DNA from: Octopus sinensis
Lineage: Eukaryota
Reading direction: 5' to 3'
Assembly: GCF_006345805.1 (NCBI RefSeq)
Contig: NW_021826298.1
Span: 1 to 12,918 of the forward strand
Length of the DNA stretch: 12,918 nucleotides
Shown piece after piece: positions 1 to 8,990 of this stretch. Under the pieces are notes generated by a model. That model did not search any database. It worked only from the letters and a program-made list of their open reading frames with translations, and was not told the origin of the DNA. Position 1 is the first letter of the stretch. The number at the start of each line of letters is the position of its first letter. A program made the translations under genes and the position numbers.

Positions 1-104
1 CAACAAGTTTATCAATAAAACAATAGCAAAAAATCTTCTCAAGGCATTCATCCCCCTCGCTCTTTCAGAGCACTTAGATATATCCTGTAATGAAGGGTTC
101 GAAG

Positions 105-350
105 CTGGCACTCTGTTCGGTTACGAGGACGAGGTTTCCAGTTGATCCGCTCAACGGAATAGCCTGCGCGTGAATGTGACAAGGCTGGCCCTTATAAAAT
201 ACAGGTACTACTCAGTGTCTCCAGCCGAGTGGACTGGAGCAATGTGAAATAAAGTGTCTTACTCAAGGACACAATGCGTTGCCGGTAGTTGAACTCACGA
301 CCTTACTATCATGAGCCGAATACCTTAACCACTAGGACACGGGCCTTCAC
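105..350 (-). mobile_element. tRNA-derived SINE with CORE-like central domain (octopus-type), copy 1
   Basis: Minus strand reads GTGAAGGCCCGTGTCCTAGTGGTTAAGG (A-box-like), then GAGTTCAACTAC (B-box-like, plus 285-296), then TTGTGTCCTTGAGTAAGACACTTTATTTCACATTGCTCCAGTCCACTCGGCTG, which resembles the CORE domain (compare MIR TGTGACCTTGGGCAAGTTACTTAA). Its 5' ~130 nt align by eye to 1665-1795. Family assignment is from recall, not a database search. Confidence 0.8.
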
Positions 351-1261
351 TGTGACGCAGGGGTTAGCGGAATAGCACGATGAAGAGCCTAATTGGCAAA
401 AAGTCACCAGGCCTAAAAAGAAAAAAGAAACATAACCAAACCGACATCAAAGAAAAGCTGGTAGGGATGATCAACGTGTTGCCGCTTTGTAAGGTGTATG
501 TAATTTGAGGAAGATTTGGCTGCTGTTTTCGTTAAGTCGAGCGAACCTGTACATGACCCTTCGTTCGTATGATTTACATACTTAAATGCGTAAAAATTTC
601 CGTCAACAGCTTGAGCGGCCTACGGATACCATAGCTATATTGAGTTATGTCCCTTTCCTTTGCGTTTCCATATTTCGTCGTCGTCATCTTTTACCATTCA
701 ACAACTTCATCTCAACAACGAAATCAGTAAAATCCAAACACTCAGTCCCTTGTATATTTTGGTAAATATTACCAGTGTGAATTCTTTATTTATATTCAGA
801 GGGGAAACGTAGGATGGTCGAATACGTACAATCGCATAGAACCTGTCTAATTGAATACAAATACGATTTGAGATCAAACCATATTAATGGCAATTAAACC
901 TTTCATCATTATAAGTTTTTTTTCAAGTAACCAGTTTCTTCTCCCCTAATAATTCCCCAATTCAAATATGCGACCTTATGCACCTCTTAGAAATAATTAT
1001 TTGTGTTTCTATTTAAGGTGTTATAAAGCAATTTTATCAAAACGTCAATGTATTAGGTCATTTAAAATGTTTTCTGCATTCATACCTTGCTAAGATTAAG
1101 GGTGTCTTTACCTAAACGAAGTTGATAAAATAAAGGATCAATGAAGTACTTAGTTCGGTGTAATCGACAAAAACCTCCCTTCAAAGTTGATGGCGTTGTG
1201 GCAATTTTTTAAGTGTCTTTTTATATTTCTCATTGTTTGTCATGGGTATATCTTACGCTTG

Positions 1262-1304
1262 TCTTGTCTGTCTATCCGTTTGTCTATCTATCTGTCCGTT
1301 TGTA

Positions 1305-1337
<33 letters not shown>

Positions 1338-1358
1338 CTGTCTGTCTGTCTATCTGTG

Positions 1359-1397
<39 letters not shown>

Positions 1398-1414
1398 CTG
1401 TCTGTCTATCTATC
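1262..1414. repeat. Compound microsatellite (TCTG/TCTA)-(TG)n-(TC)n-(TA)n
   Basis: Directly visible: (TG)n at ~1307-1337, (TC)n at ~1359-1372, (TA)n at ~1373-1397. Confidence 0.95.
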
Positions 1415-1594
1415 CAATAATATCTAGTCTATGGCACGAAATAGTTTCGTATACGAACACAAAGTTCGACTAATCACGCAGAATTATAGCGTAAAAATAG
1501 AGCAGAGCGTCATATTTTATTATTCATTTCGGGTAGGCGTAAAGCAGTGTATACATGCGTATTTGCATATATTCATGTATGTGATGTATGTATA

Positions 1595-1795
1595 TTCTGT
1601 GGCATATATATCCCCCCCACCCTCGACGAGACGCTGGTCAATTGCAGGATTACTCCATTCTATCAACTGATACAACTGGAACAGCGTGAAACGAAGAGTT
1701 TTGCTCATAGGTACATTGCATCGTCCGGTTGTGTAGTCGAAACAACAATCTTACGACTATGAGTGCCGTACCCGAAACATTTAGTCACACGCCCT
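1595..1795 (-). mobile_element. Diverged tRNA/CORE-type SINE, copy 2, with a different 3' tail
   Basis: ACTGGAACAGCGTGAAACGAAGAGTTTTGCTCATAGGTACATTGCATCGTCCGG...TCTTACGACTATGAG aligns to ACTGGAGCAATGTGAAATAAAGTGTCTTACTCAAGGACACAATGCGTTGCCGG...CCTTACTATCATGAG of copy 1. The tail (1595-1660) is unrelated to the tail of copy 1. Confidence 0.7.
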
Positions 1796-1797
1796 AA

Positions 1798-1911
1798 ACA
1801 CAAACATATACACACAAACACAAACACACATACACACACATGCACACACATTAAGTATTGCCATTTATAAAGGTAGAGATGTAGTGTGTATGTGTAGATG
1901 TTTGTGTGTGT
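1798..1911. repeat. Imperfect (CA)n tract followed by imperfect (TG)n tract
   Basis: CA-rich at 1798-1850 and TG-rich at ~1880-1911, visible in the sequence. Confidence 0.8.
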
Positions 1912-2223
1912 TGCAGGAGGGGTGCTAAGGAGCCTGAATCTGTCCTTCTGTGTCAGTCATATCTCTGAGCTGTGTATGTTTCGTTTTTGATATATTACCA
2001 ATGGGAAATACCATGGGTTTATTTAAATACGAGTGAAAGTCTAGCCACATTACCTATTGCATCGTGCCCATTGTTATTTTCTTGGTAATAGCGGATTGGT
2101 TCTAACATTGAGAGGAATTTAACTGGACATCTTTTCCTTGTATGTACACAAAGTGCGCTGTTTTTGATTTTGCCGAAACTTCAGACTGTGTTCATTTCTC
2201 TCTTACTCTTCTGCTGTAGATAA

Positions 2224-2810
<587 letters not shown>

Positions 2811-3589
2811 TATCTGCGCACGTATTTCTGTATATGAGTTGAAATTTATATAACTGTTTATTTGCGAATCAAACCAGACGTTAAGACATCGTTTTGTTTT
2901 TTGTATGTACTTGTTAATAAATATCTTTCGTTCATTCATTCATATTTAGTTTATTTTCGTTTCGTTTCGTTTCGTTTTCTTTCTTTATGGTCTCCTGAAT
3001 TATATCTGTACATTCACCTTCTTCCTCACTATCCCTGTCCATCCTTTTATTTATTTCTTCTTTCTTTCTTCCTTGCTTATCTTCTCAGCTTCTTCCTCCC
3101 TTCCTTGCATCCACCACTCTCTTCCGTTAAAATAATGCCTACTGCCGCCATTTCTTTTAGCAAGACGATGTACCTGTACGTACTACCAGTATCCTAAATA
3201 GAACCATAATAAATAAAGCGCCGCACAGGCTGCCACCTGGTGAGCAAAAAAGGGAACAGCCAAGGCCAACAACCCACGTGATCTCAGCATTGTCTGTTTC
3301 CCTTGCTATTAGAACATGAACAATATATGTCTGCAATACACATAGAGTGACAGGAAGTTGTGGAGTCGTAGTGGAAGTGAAAACACTAGAAGTCGCAGTA
3401 TCTTCAAGAAGACGTCTATTAAGCCATATTGTCGCAAAATTCTTCAGTCTAACAATACATTTTAATGGAATAATTGATCGTTGAACGCGGTGGAAAGGGT
3501 GGACAGTTGGGTGTGGGTGGGTGGAGGGGAATGAGGTCCAGTAGAGAACGACAAGATTCTTCAGAAATACAAAGTAAAATAAAAATGAA

Positions 3590-3755
3590 GTAGAAAGAAA
3601 AGGAGAGAGAGTGAGAGAGAGAGAGAGGAGAGGGTGGAAAGAAGGATAAAAGGACGGGGACAGAGATGAGAGGAGAGATAGAGATGTATAGATAGATAGA
3701 TAGATACATAGATAGAGAGAGATACGTAGGGTGATGACAGATAGACGCATAGAGA
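3590..3755. repeat. Purine-rich (GA)n/(GATA)n low-complexity tract
   Basis: Visible GAGA and GATA runs. Confidence 0.85.
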
Positions 3756-3921
3756 ACGTGGGAAAGATAAAAATAAACAGAATATTTTCAAAAATTATAA
3801 CATACAGGAAAAAAAAACAAGCGAAAAATAACCCAGAAAAAACATAAAACAAAATACTGGAAAGCAATAGAAAAACAGAGAGTATAATGATTACGATCAT
3901 GAAGATGATTTTGATAACATT

Positions 3922-3922
3922 A

Positions 3923-3982
<60 letters not shown>

Positions 3983-4272
3983 TAATAATAATGATAATAA
4001 TAACAATAATAATAATGATAAGAATAACAATAATAATAATAATAATAAACATAATAATAATAATGATAATAATAATAATAATAATAATTATTATTATTAT
4101 TATTATTATTGTTATTGTTATTATTATGAGGAAGATGGTGGTGATAATAATAGTAATGTTGAAGGTGATGATGATATTTATGATAATGATGATGACGATG
4201 ATAGTGGTGTCAATGGTAGAGACGGTGACGGTGATGATGATGATTGTGGTGATGGTAATTATGATGATGATT
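3922..4272. repeat. Trinucleotide compound tract (AAT)n -> (TTA)n -> (GAT/GGT)n
   Basis: AAT repeats at 3924-4087, strand switch at 4087/4088, then GAT/GGT degenerate repeats. Confidence 0.95.
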
Positions 4273-4499
4273 TTGGTGAGAAGGAGAACTGGAAATCGGA
4301 GGCAGTCGACAGTGAAAACAGCCATGATAATGAAGTGAAAATGAGGGTGAGAGATTGCTGAAAAGAATGAAACAGTTGGTGAAAGAGAGGAACGTAGGGA
4401 AAGGGTTAGACAAGAATATTATTTAAAGCTGGTGACAGGATCTTAAATAAAGATGAGAGAGGGGAAAAATAAAGAGGGACCAATGGACAGATACGAGGG

Positions 4500-4645
4500 A
4501 GGAAGATTGAGAGTGAGTGAAAGAGAGAGAGAGAGAGAGAGGAAGAGAAAGAGAGAGAGAGAGTGAGAGATATTAGGGAATAGAGAGAGAGAGAGAGTGA
4601 GAGAAACAAAGAGAGAGAGAAAGGGAGAGGATGAGAGAAAGAGTA
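4500..4645. repeat. (GA)n polypurine tract
   Basis: Visible imperfect GA repeats. Confidence 0.9.
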
Positions 4646-4737
4646 GGGACACAGGACAAATATCAATGATAGTTAAAAAATGTTACAGGGAATTTTTAAA
4701 GATTCGTAAGCATGTTCCAGCAATTAATCTGAAATGA

Positions 4738-4739
<2 letters not shown>

Positions 4740-4770
<31 letters not shown>
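4740..4770. repeat. (CA)n microsatellite abutting the LINE fragment
   Basis: About 15 pure CA units. Confidence 0.97.
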
Positions 4771-4774
<4 letters not shown>

Positions 4775-5175
4775 CTCAGATGGGCTCTCTTACCTTGGAG
4801 AAGGCCTGGATGGAAAGCACACAGCATACAAAAAAAAAGACCAAGCATGGGTATGTTGCCCGGAAGGCTATGCGTTTGCCATCCAGGAACAGGCAATTGC
4901 CACAGAGTACCTGGTGAACAAGAGAGACAGTGATGCTCTTGTATTCCCAAGGTGCGATTGAATGTGTCGGCTACGTCATATTTCTGTGGAAGACATTGCG
5001 CATGTGATTATGAGCTGTCCTAAAATGTTGTCACGGTACTACCTCCCTATGCGGCACGATGTTGTTGCTAAAACAATTTAAAATGCCAACCGCAAAAAAG
5101 ACTATCCTGAAATAAACTTATAAAATCCCTCTTTTATGAAATACATTCATAAACACCAACTCAAGCAATACTTCT
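4771..5175 (+). mobile_element. Decayed R4/Dong-like (restriction-like endonuclease) non-LTR retrotransposon fragment: post-RT linker and CCHC zinc knuckle
   Basis: Reading through stops from 4863 gives EGYAFAIQEQAIATEYLVNKRDSDALVFPRCD*MCRLRHISVEDIAHVIMSCPKMLSRYYLPMRHDVVAKTI*NANRKKDYPE. This matches the R4/Dong pattern EG...AIQ(D/E)Q.I.T..Y / CRxC-x8-H-x4-C / Y..RH(D/N).VAK. An upstream KTKHGY motif (HGY from 4846) is in a shifted frame. In-frame stops and a Cys->Arg change in the knuckle indicate a dead copy. Confidence 0.85.
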
Positions 5176-5349
5176 TCAAGCAATACACGAAGCCATTATA
5201 AAGTAAAGTTTATTAACATTTGAAATTACCAATTATACGCCACTCCACGAATGAAGAGTAAAAGGTTTTCTAAATTTCTAATGAATTTGCTAATGCGCTA
5301 TCCTTATATATTAATTGTTTCTAGTATTGAAACAATTTATAGGAAGATG

Positions 5350-5490
5350 TTAGACGATAATATCGATCGCAGTATTTGACAGGTGCTTTAGTGTATCAAC
5401 AGGTGGCAGGGGGGGGGGAAGTTAATCTAAGCGGGACTTAAATTCAGAAAGGAATAATGTGGAAGGAACACCGTAAAGAATTCTTTCTCG
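5350..5490 (-). mobile_element. Highly diverged tRNA/Meta-type SINE fragment (same family as 6074-7100)
   Basis: CGATAATATCGATCGCAGTATTTGACAGGTGCTT...AAGTTAATCTAAGCGGGACTTAAATTCAGAA aligns to CGATTATATCGACGCCAGTGCGTAACTGGTACTT...AAGTGGACCTCGGCGGAATTTGAACTCAGAA at 6936-7030. Confidence 0.55.
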
Positions 5491-5772
5491 AGGCTCAGAC
5501 GGACATTTCTTCCAGACAAGGGATCAAATTTTAAGGTTTAGTAGAAAGAAAAATTCCAAGAAAGCAACCATCTTGAAACAGAAGGAAAGTTACATCGCGG
5601 AAAGTAGAGTGCTCGAACATATTGTAGACAATACAGTTCTATATTTAAGAGATGAGAAATTATATACATTATTTACATTACCACTACAACATATATCCAC
5701 GGGCATATGGTAGAGTGGTTAAGAGCGCGGGCTACTAATCCCAGGATTCCGAGTTAGATTCCAGGCAGTGAT

Positions 5773-5775
<3 letters not shown>

Positions 5776-5847
<72 letters not shown>

Positions 5848-5862
5848 GATAACAACAACAAC
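5776..5862. repeat. (AAT)n microsatellite grading into (AAC)n, internal to the composite element
   Basis: Pure AAT at 5776-5846, then AAC units. Confidence 0.97.
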
Positions 5863-5910
5863 ATAGAAAATTACCTTAGGAATGAGAACCCAGGTTCGAA
5901 ATTTCCCCAA

Positions 5911-5956
5911 GACACCTGATGAAGGCTGGAGGGTATATCAGCCGAAACGTTGTATT
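5911..5956 (+). ncRNA. Minimal type I hammerhead ribozyme motif (Penelope pLTR-type, palindromic stem III)
   Basis: GACAC (5911-5915, stem I 5'), CTGATGA (5916-5922), extra A, GGCTG (5924-5928) pairing with CAGCC (5939-5943) as stem II, GAAA (5944-5947), palindromic AACGTT (5946-5951), NUH = GUU (5949-5951), GTATT (5952-5956, stem I 3', one C.A mismatch). Confidence 0.75.
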
Positions 5957-6073
5957 AACAACAAACAGGATGAGAACAAATATCCGTCAAATGTAAATAA
6001 TATAAATAATGTACATATTGTTGATGGTAATTAATTTAAATAATATGCAAATACTACTACCATTAAAGAATAC

Positions 6074-6267
6074 TAATCCTTTCTCCTTTAGGTACAAGAC
6101 TGGAAATTTCGCCGGGAGAGGGCAGGTAGATTATATCGGTCCCAGCGAACATCTGGTACTTTCTTTTATCCACTCCGAGATTATAAAAGGTAAAGTTGTG
6201 CTCGGTGAGTCTAAAGAAACGCCGCTAAATATTTTGTCCATCGTGCTGCTTCTACCAGTTCATCGCC
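6074..6267 (-). mobile_element. Diverged tRNA/Meta-type SINE copy A (internal deletion)
   Basis: TAATCCTTTCT...GATTATATCGGTCCCAG...CTGGTACTT...AAAGGTAAAGT...CTCGG...GAAACGCCGCTAA...TTCTACCAGTTCATCGCC aligns to 6551-6640 and 6936-7098. Confidence 0.7.
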
Positions 6268-6289
6268 AGGGTTAAATGAAAAATGATAG

Positions 6290-6540
6290 CTACTATTTGC
6301 ACAAGGTCCGAAATTTTAAGGGAGGGAGCTAATAGATATAATCGACTCCAGGGTTCAACTGCTACTTATTTTGTTGACTTGGAGAAGATGAAAGGCCAAA
6401 TCGACCTCGGCGAAATTTGAACTCAGAGTATAAAGGCAGACGAAATACAGAAAGGTTTCTAATTTAGGCAAGGGATCTGACGGAAAGACAGACAGAATGG
6501 CGCTAAGCTTTTAGTCCGGTGTGCTAACGATTGCGCCAGC
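6290..6540 (-). mobile_element. tRNA/Meta-type SINE copy B, interrupted after GACGAAATAC (6448)
   Basis: GATGAAAGGCCAAATCGACCTCGGCGAAATTTGAACTCAGA...GCAGACGAAATAC, then about 35-50 nt of extra sequence, then GCTAAGCTTTTAGTCCGGTGTGCTAACGATTGCGCCAGC (tRNA head). Confidence 0.75.
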
Positions 6541-6550
6541 ACTTTAATGA

Positions 6551-7100
6551 TAATCCTTTCTTCTATAGGAAAAAGGCGTGAGATTTGAGGGGAGGATTTA
6601 AGCCGATTACAGCGACCACAGTGCTCAACAAGCATTTATTTATCATTGACCCCGAACTCAAACATAAAAACAGACGAAATACCTATTTCTTTACTACCCA
6701 CAATGGGCTAAACACAGAGAAGACAAACAAGGACAGACAAACGGATTAAGTCGATTATATCGACCCGAGTGCCTAACTTGAACTTAATTTATCGACCCCG
6801 AAAGGATGAAAGGCAAAGTCGACCTCGGCGGAATTTGAACTCAGAACATAATGACAGACGAAATACCTATTTCTTTACTACCCACAAGGGGCTATACACA
6901 GAGGGGACAAACAAAGACAGACAAACGGATGAAATCGATTATATCGACGCCAGTGCGTAACTGGTACTTATTTAATCGACCCCGAAAGGATGAAATGCAA
7001 AGTGGACCTCGGCGGAATTTGAACTCAGAACGTTGCGGCAGACGAAATACCGCTAAGAACTTCGCACGGTATGGTCACGGTTCTACCAGATCGCCGCCTT
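6551..7100 (-). mobile_element. Head-to-tail trimer of tRNA/Meta-type SINE units (C 6551-6683, D 6684-6867, E 6868-7100)
   Basis: D and E are 184-nt direct repeats beginning TATTTCTTTACTACCCACAA and ending CAGACGAAATACC. Only E continues into the tRNA 5' head (7052-7098). B-box GAGTTCAAATTCC lies on the minus strand (plus 7014-7026). The central TTGCCTTTCATCCTTTCGGGGTCGATAAATTAAG (minus strand) resembles the Meta-SINE domain, from recall. Confidence 0.88.
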
Positions 7101-7102
7101 TG

Positions 7103-7161
7103 TAATAATAATAATAATAACAATAATAATGATAATAACAATAATAATAATAATAAAAACA

Positions 7162-7209
<48 letters not shown>

Positions 7210-7230
7210 TAATAATAATAATAATAAATA
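7103..7230. repeat. (AAT)n microsatellite
   Basis: Imperfect AAT repeats directly adjacent to the SINE head. Confidence 0.95.
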
Positions 7231-7399
7231 TATATTGACAATATATTTACACAATACATGATTGATGTAAAGTTATATTTAAATTAACATCGAGACAATA
7301 CTGTCAGTGTTTATTAAAACGCAAGATACAAATACACCATATATTTACACACATATATTAAATTCATACATACATACATTCATGTATACAGGCATACAT

Positions 7400-7593
7400 A
7401 CATATAATGTATATAATATTGTAAATTATAATATATATAGTTATATAAATAATGTTATGTTAAATAATACATAAAATAAGTAATATATAGTACAATAATA
7501 ATAATAAGAATGTTATACATATATAATATATATATAATTCAATATATGATATGATAAATATAATATAAAATATTTTATATATATATATATAAT

Positions 7594-7640
<47 letters not shown>

Positions 7641-7687
7641 GTATGTATATGTGTAATATATAGTATGTATATGTGTAATATATATAG

Positions 7688-7723
<36 letters not shown>

Positions 7724-7740
7724 ATATACGTGTGTGTGTA
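7400..7740. repeat. Imperfect (TA)n tract ending in short (TG)n
   Basis: Visible in the sequence. Confidence 0.92.
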
Positions 7741-8120
7741 CTACGGTCCACAGTGAAATTAAAGGCAAAGAAGCATAGAAAACAAAACAAACACAACACA
7801 CAAAAACACGAAACAATAAATAAATTATTCAAATACTCTCCTAAGATGTCTTCTCAACGTCAGTCCAAGAATCTGAGATGTCAATATAGAGCTATTAATC
7901 TAGATGTTAAATAAACCGAAATTTAGACTGTCGCTTTTCTCAATGACAAAGCAAATAATGATTCGGTAATTTTTTTTTTTATGTTAAATATTTTCTGGAA
8001 ATGTGGGAGAGGAAAAAAAAAATATTTTGAGGAAAAGAAACCAAAGAAAAATTTCCTCATAAATTCTTATAAAAAACGCATGATAAAAACGTTTTTCTTT
8101 TATTTTTTATCGTGCACTTG

Positions 8121-8140
8121 TATATATCATATATATATAT

Positions 8141-8206
<66 letters not shown>

Positions 8207-8325
8207 GATATATATATATATGTATAATACGTGTGTGTGTATGTGTGTATGTGTATATGTGTATGTGTGTACGAGTGTTTGTTTGCGCGTGTATGGGTAA
8301 ATAGATATGTATGTATACACACAAG

Positions 8326-8360
<35 letters not shown>
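8121..8360. repeat. Compound (TA)n-(TG)n-(CA)n-(TA)n
   Basis: Visible in the sequence. Confidence 0.93.
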
Positions 8361-8544
8361 TAACGCAAATTTTTTTGCCTCATTTGGGAAGTATTTTTTT
8401 ATGTTGCTTTGAAGCAAAAATTAAACAAAATAAAATAAAATGAAAAATAAATGGTACCACAAGAAAAATGAAGAATTTCATATTCATCGTTACATTCTCT
8501 TGTAATTTTGCCATTCTCTCTCTTTCATGCCGTAATTCCTCCTT

Positions 8545-8990
8545 TTTCTTCTTCTTCTTCTTCTTCTTCTTCTTCTTCTTCTTCTTCTTCTTCTTCTTCT
8601 TCTTCTTCTTCTTCTTCTCCTTCTTTTTCTTCTTCTTCTTCTTCTTCTCCTTTCTTCTTCTTTCTTCTTCTTCTTCTTCTTTTTCTTCTTCTTCTTCTTC
8701 TTCTCCTTTCTTCTCCTTTCTTCTTCTTTCTTCTTCTTCTTCTTACTACTACTACTTCTACTACTACCGCCGCCGCCGCACCCACTACACCACCACCACT
8801 ACCACCACCACCACCACCACTACCACCACCACCACCACCACCACCACTACCACCACCACCACTGATACTTCTTTTTCTACTCCCGCTCGTCCTTCTTGTA
8901 ACATTCATTCTCTCCTTCCTCCTCTCCCTCCATCCATCATCATCAAAATCCTCCTCATCATCCTCCTCCTCATCATCACCATTATCAACA
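8545..8990. repeat. Compound trinucleotide tract (TTC)n -> (TAC)n -> (CGC)n -> (CAC)n, then (CAT/CTC)n
   Basis: TTC at ~8546-8743, TAC at 8744-8767, CGC at 8768-8779, CAC to ~8862, CAT/CTC at ~8915-8985. Confidence 0.97.

Larger units (their letters stand above)
5632..6016 (+). mobile_element. Composite non-autonomous retroelement: tRNA-like Pol III head + (TAA)n + Penelope-like hammerhead tail, preceded by an inverted, internally deleted copy
   Basis: A-box-like TGGTAGAGTGGT (5708-5719), anticodon-loop-like CTACTAA, B-box-like GAGTTAGATTCC (5751-5762), (TAA)n at 5776-5846, hammerhead core at 5911-5956. The segment 5661-5679 is the reverse complement of the 3' end (AATGTAAATAAT 5990-6001; TAAATAATGTACATA). 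The segment 5680-5698 is an imperfect reverse complement of the head (5701-5719). Confidence 0.75.

Noticed and set aside
59-71. GCTCT-TTC-AGAGC resembling the histone 3' stem-loop
   Set aside because: It has a 5-bp stem and 3-nt loop rather than 6 bp and 4 nt, lacks the outer G-C pair, and no histone CDS is visible.
490-570. Possible decayed dispersed repeat (GAGGAAGATTTGGCTGCTGTTTTC...)
   Set aside because: It only vaguely resembles a recalled repeat and has no second copy in the window to support it.
3157-3900. 247-aa minus-strand ORF, the longest in the window
   Set aside because: About half derives from GA/A-rich low-complexity sequence, and the rest has no recognisable motif.
5701-5770. 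Possible genuine tRNA gene (anticodon loop CT-ACT-AA)
   Set aside because: The acceptor and T stems pair poorly, the B-box is mutated, and it is embedded in a repeat. It is better explained as a SINE head.
6684-7051. 184-nt direct repeats as a CRISPR-like or satellite array
   Set aside because: There are no unique spacers, and the units are SINE bodies in eukaryotic DNA.
7298-7308. AATACTGTCAG (miR-8/200-like); also GTGAGCAAA at 3240 (miR-87-like)
   Set aside because: These are only 9-11 nt matches. The 3' halves differ and there is no hairpin.
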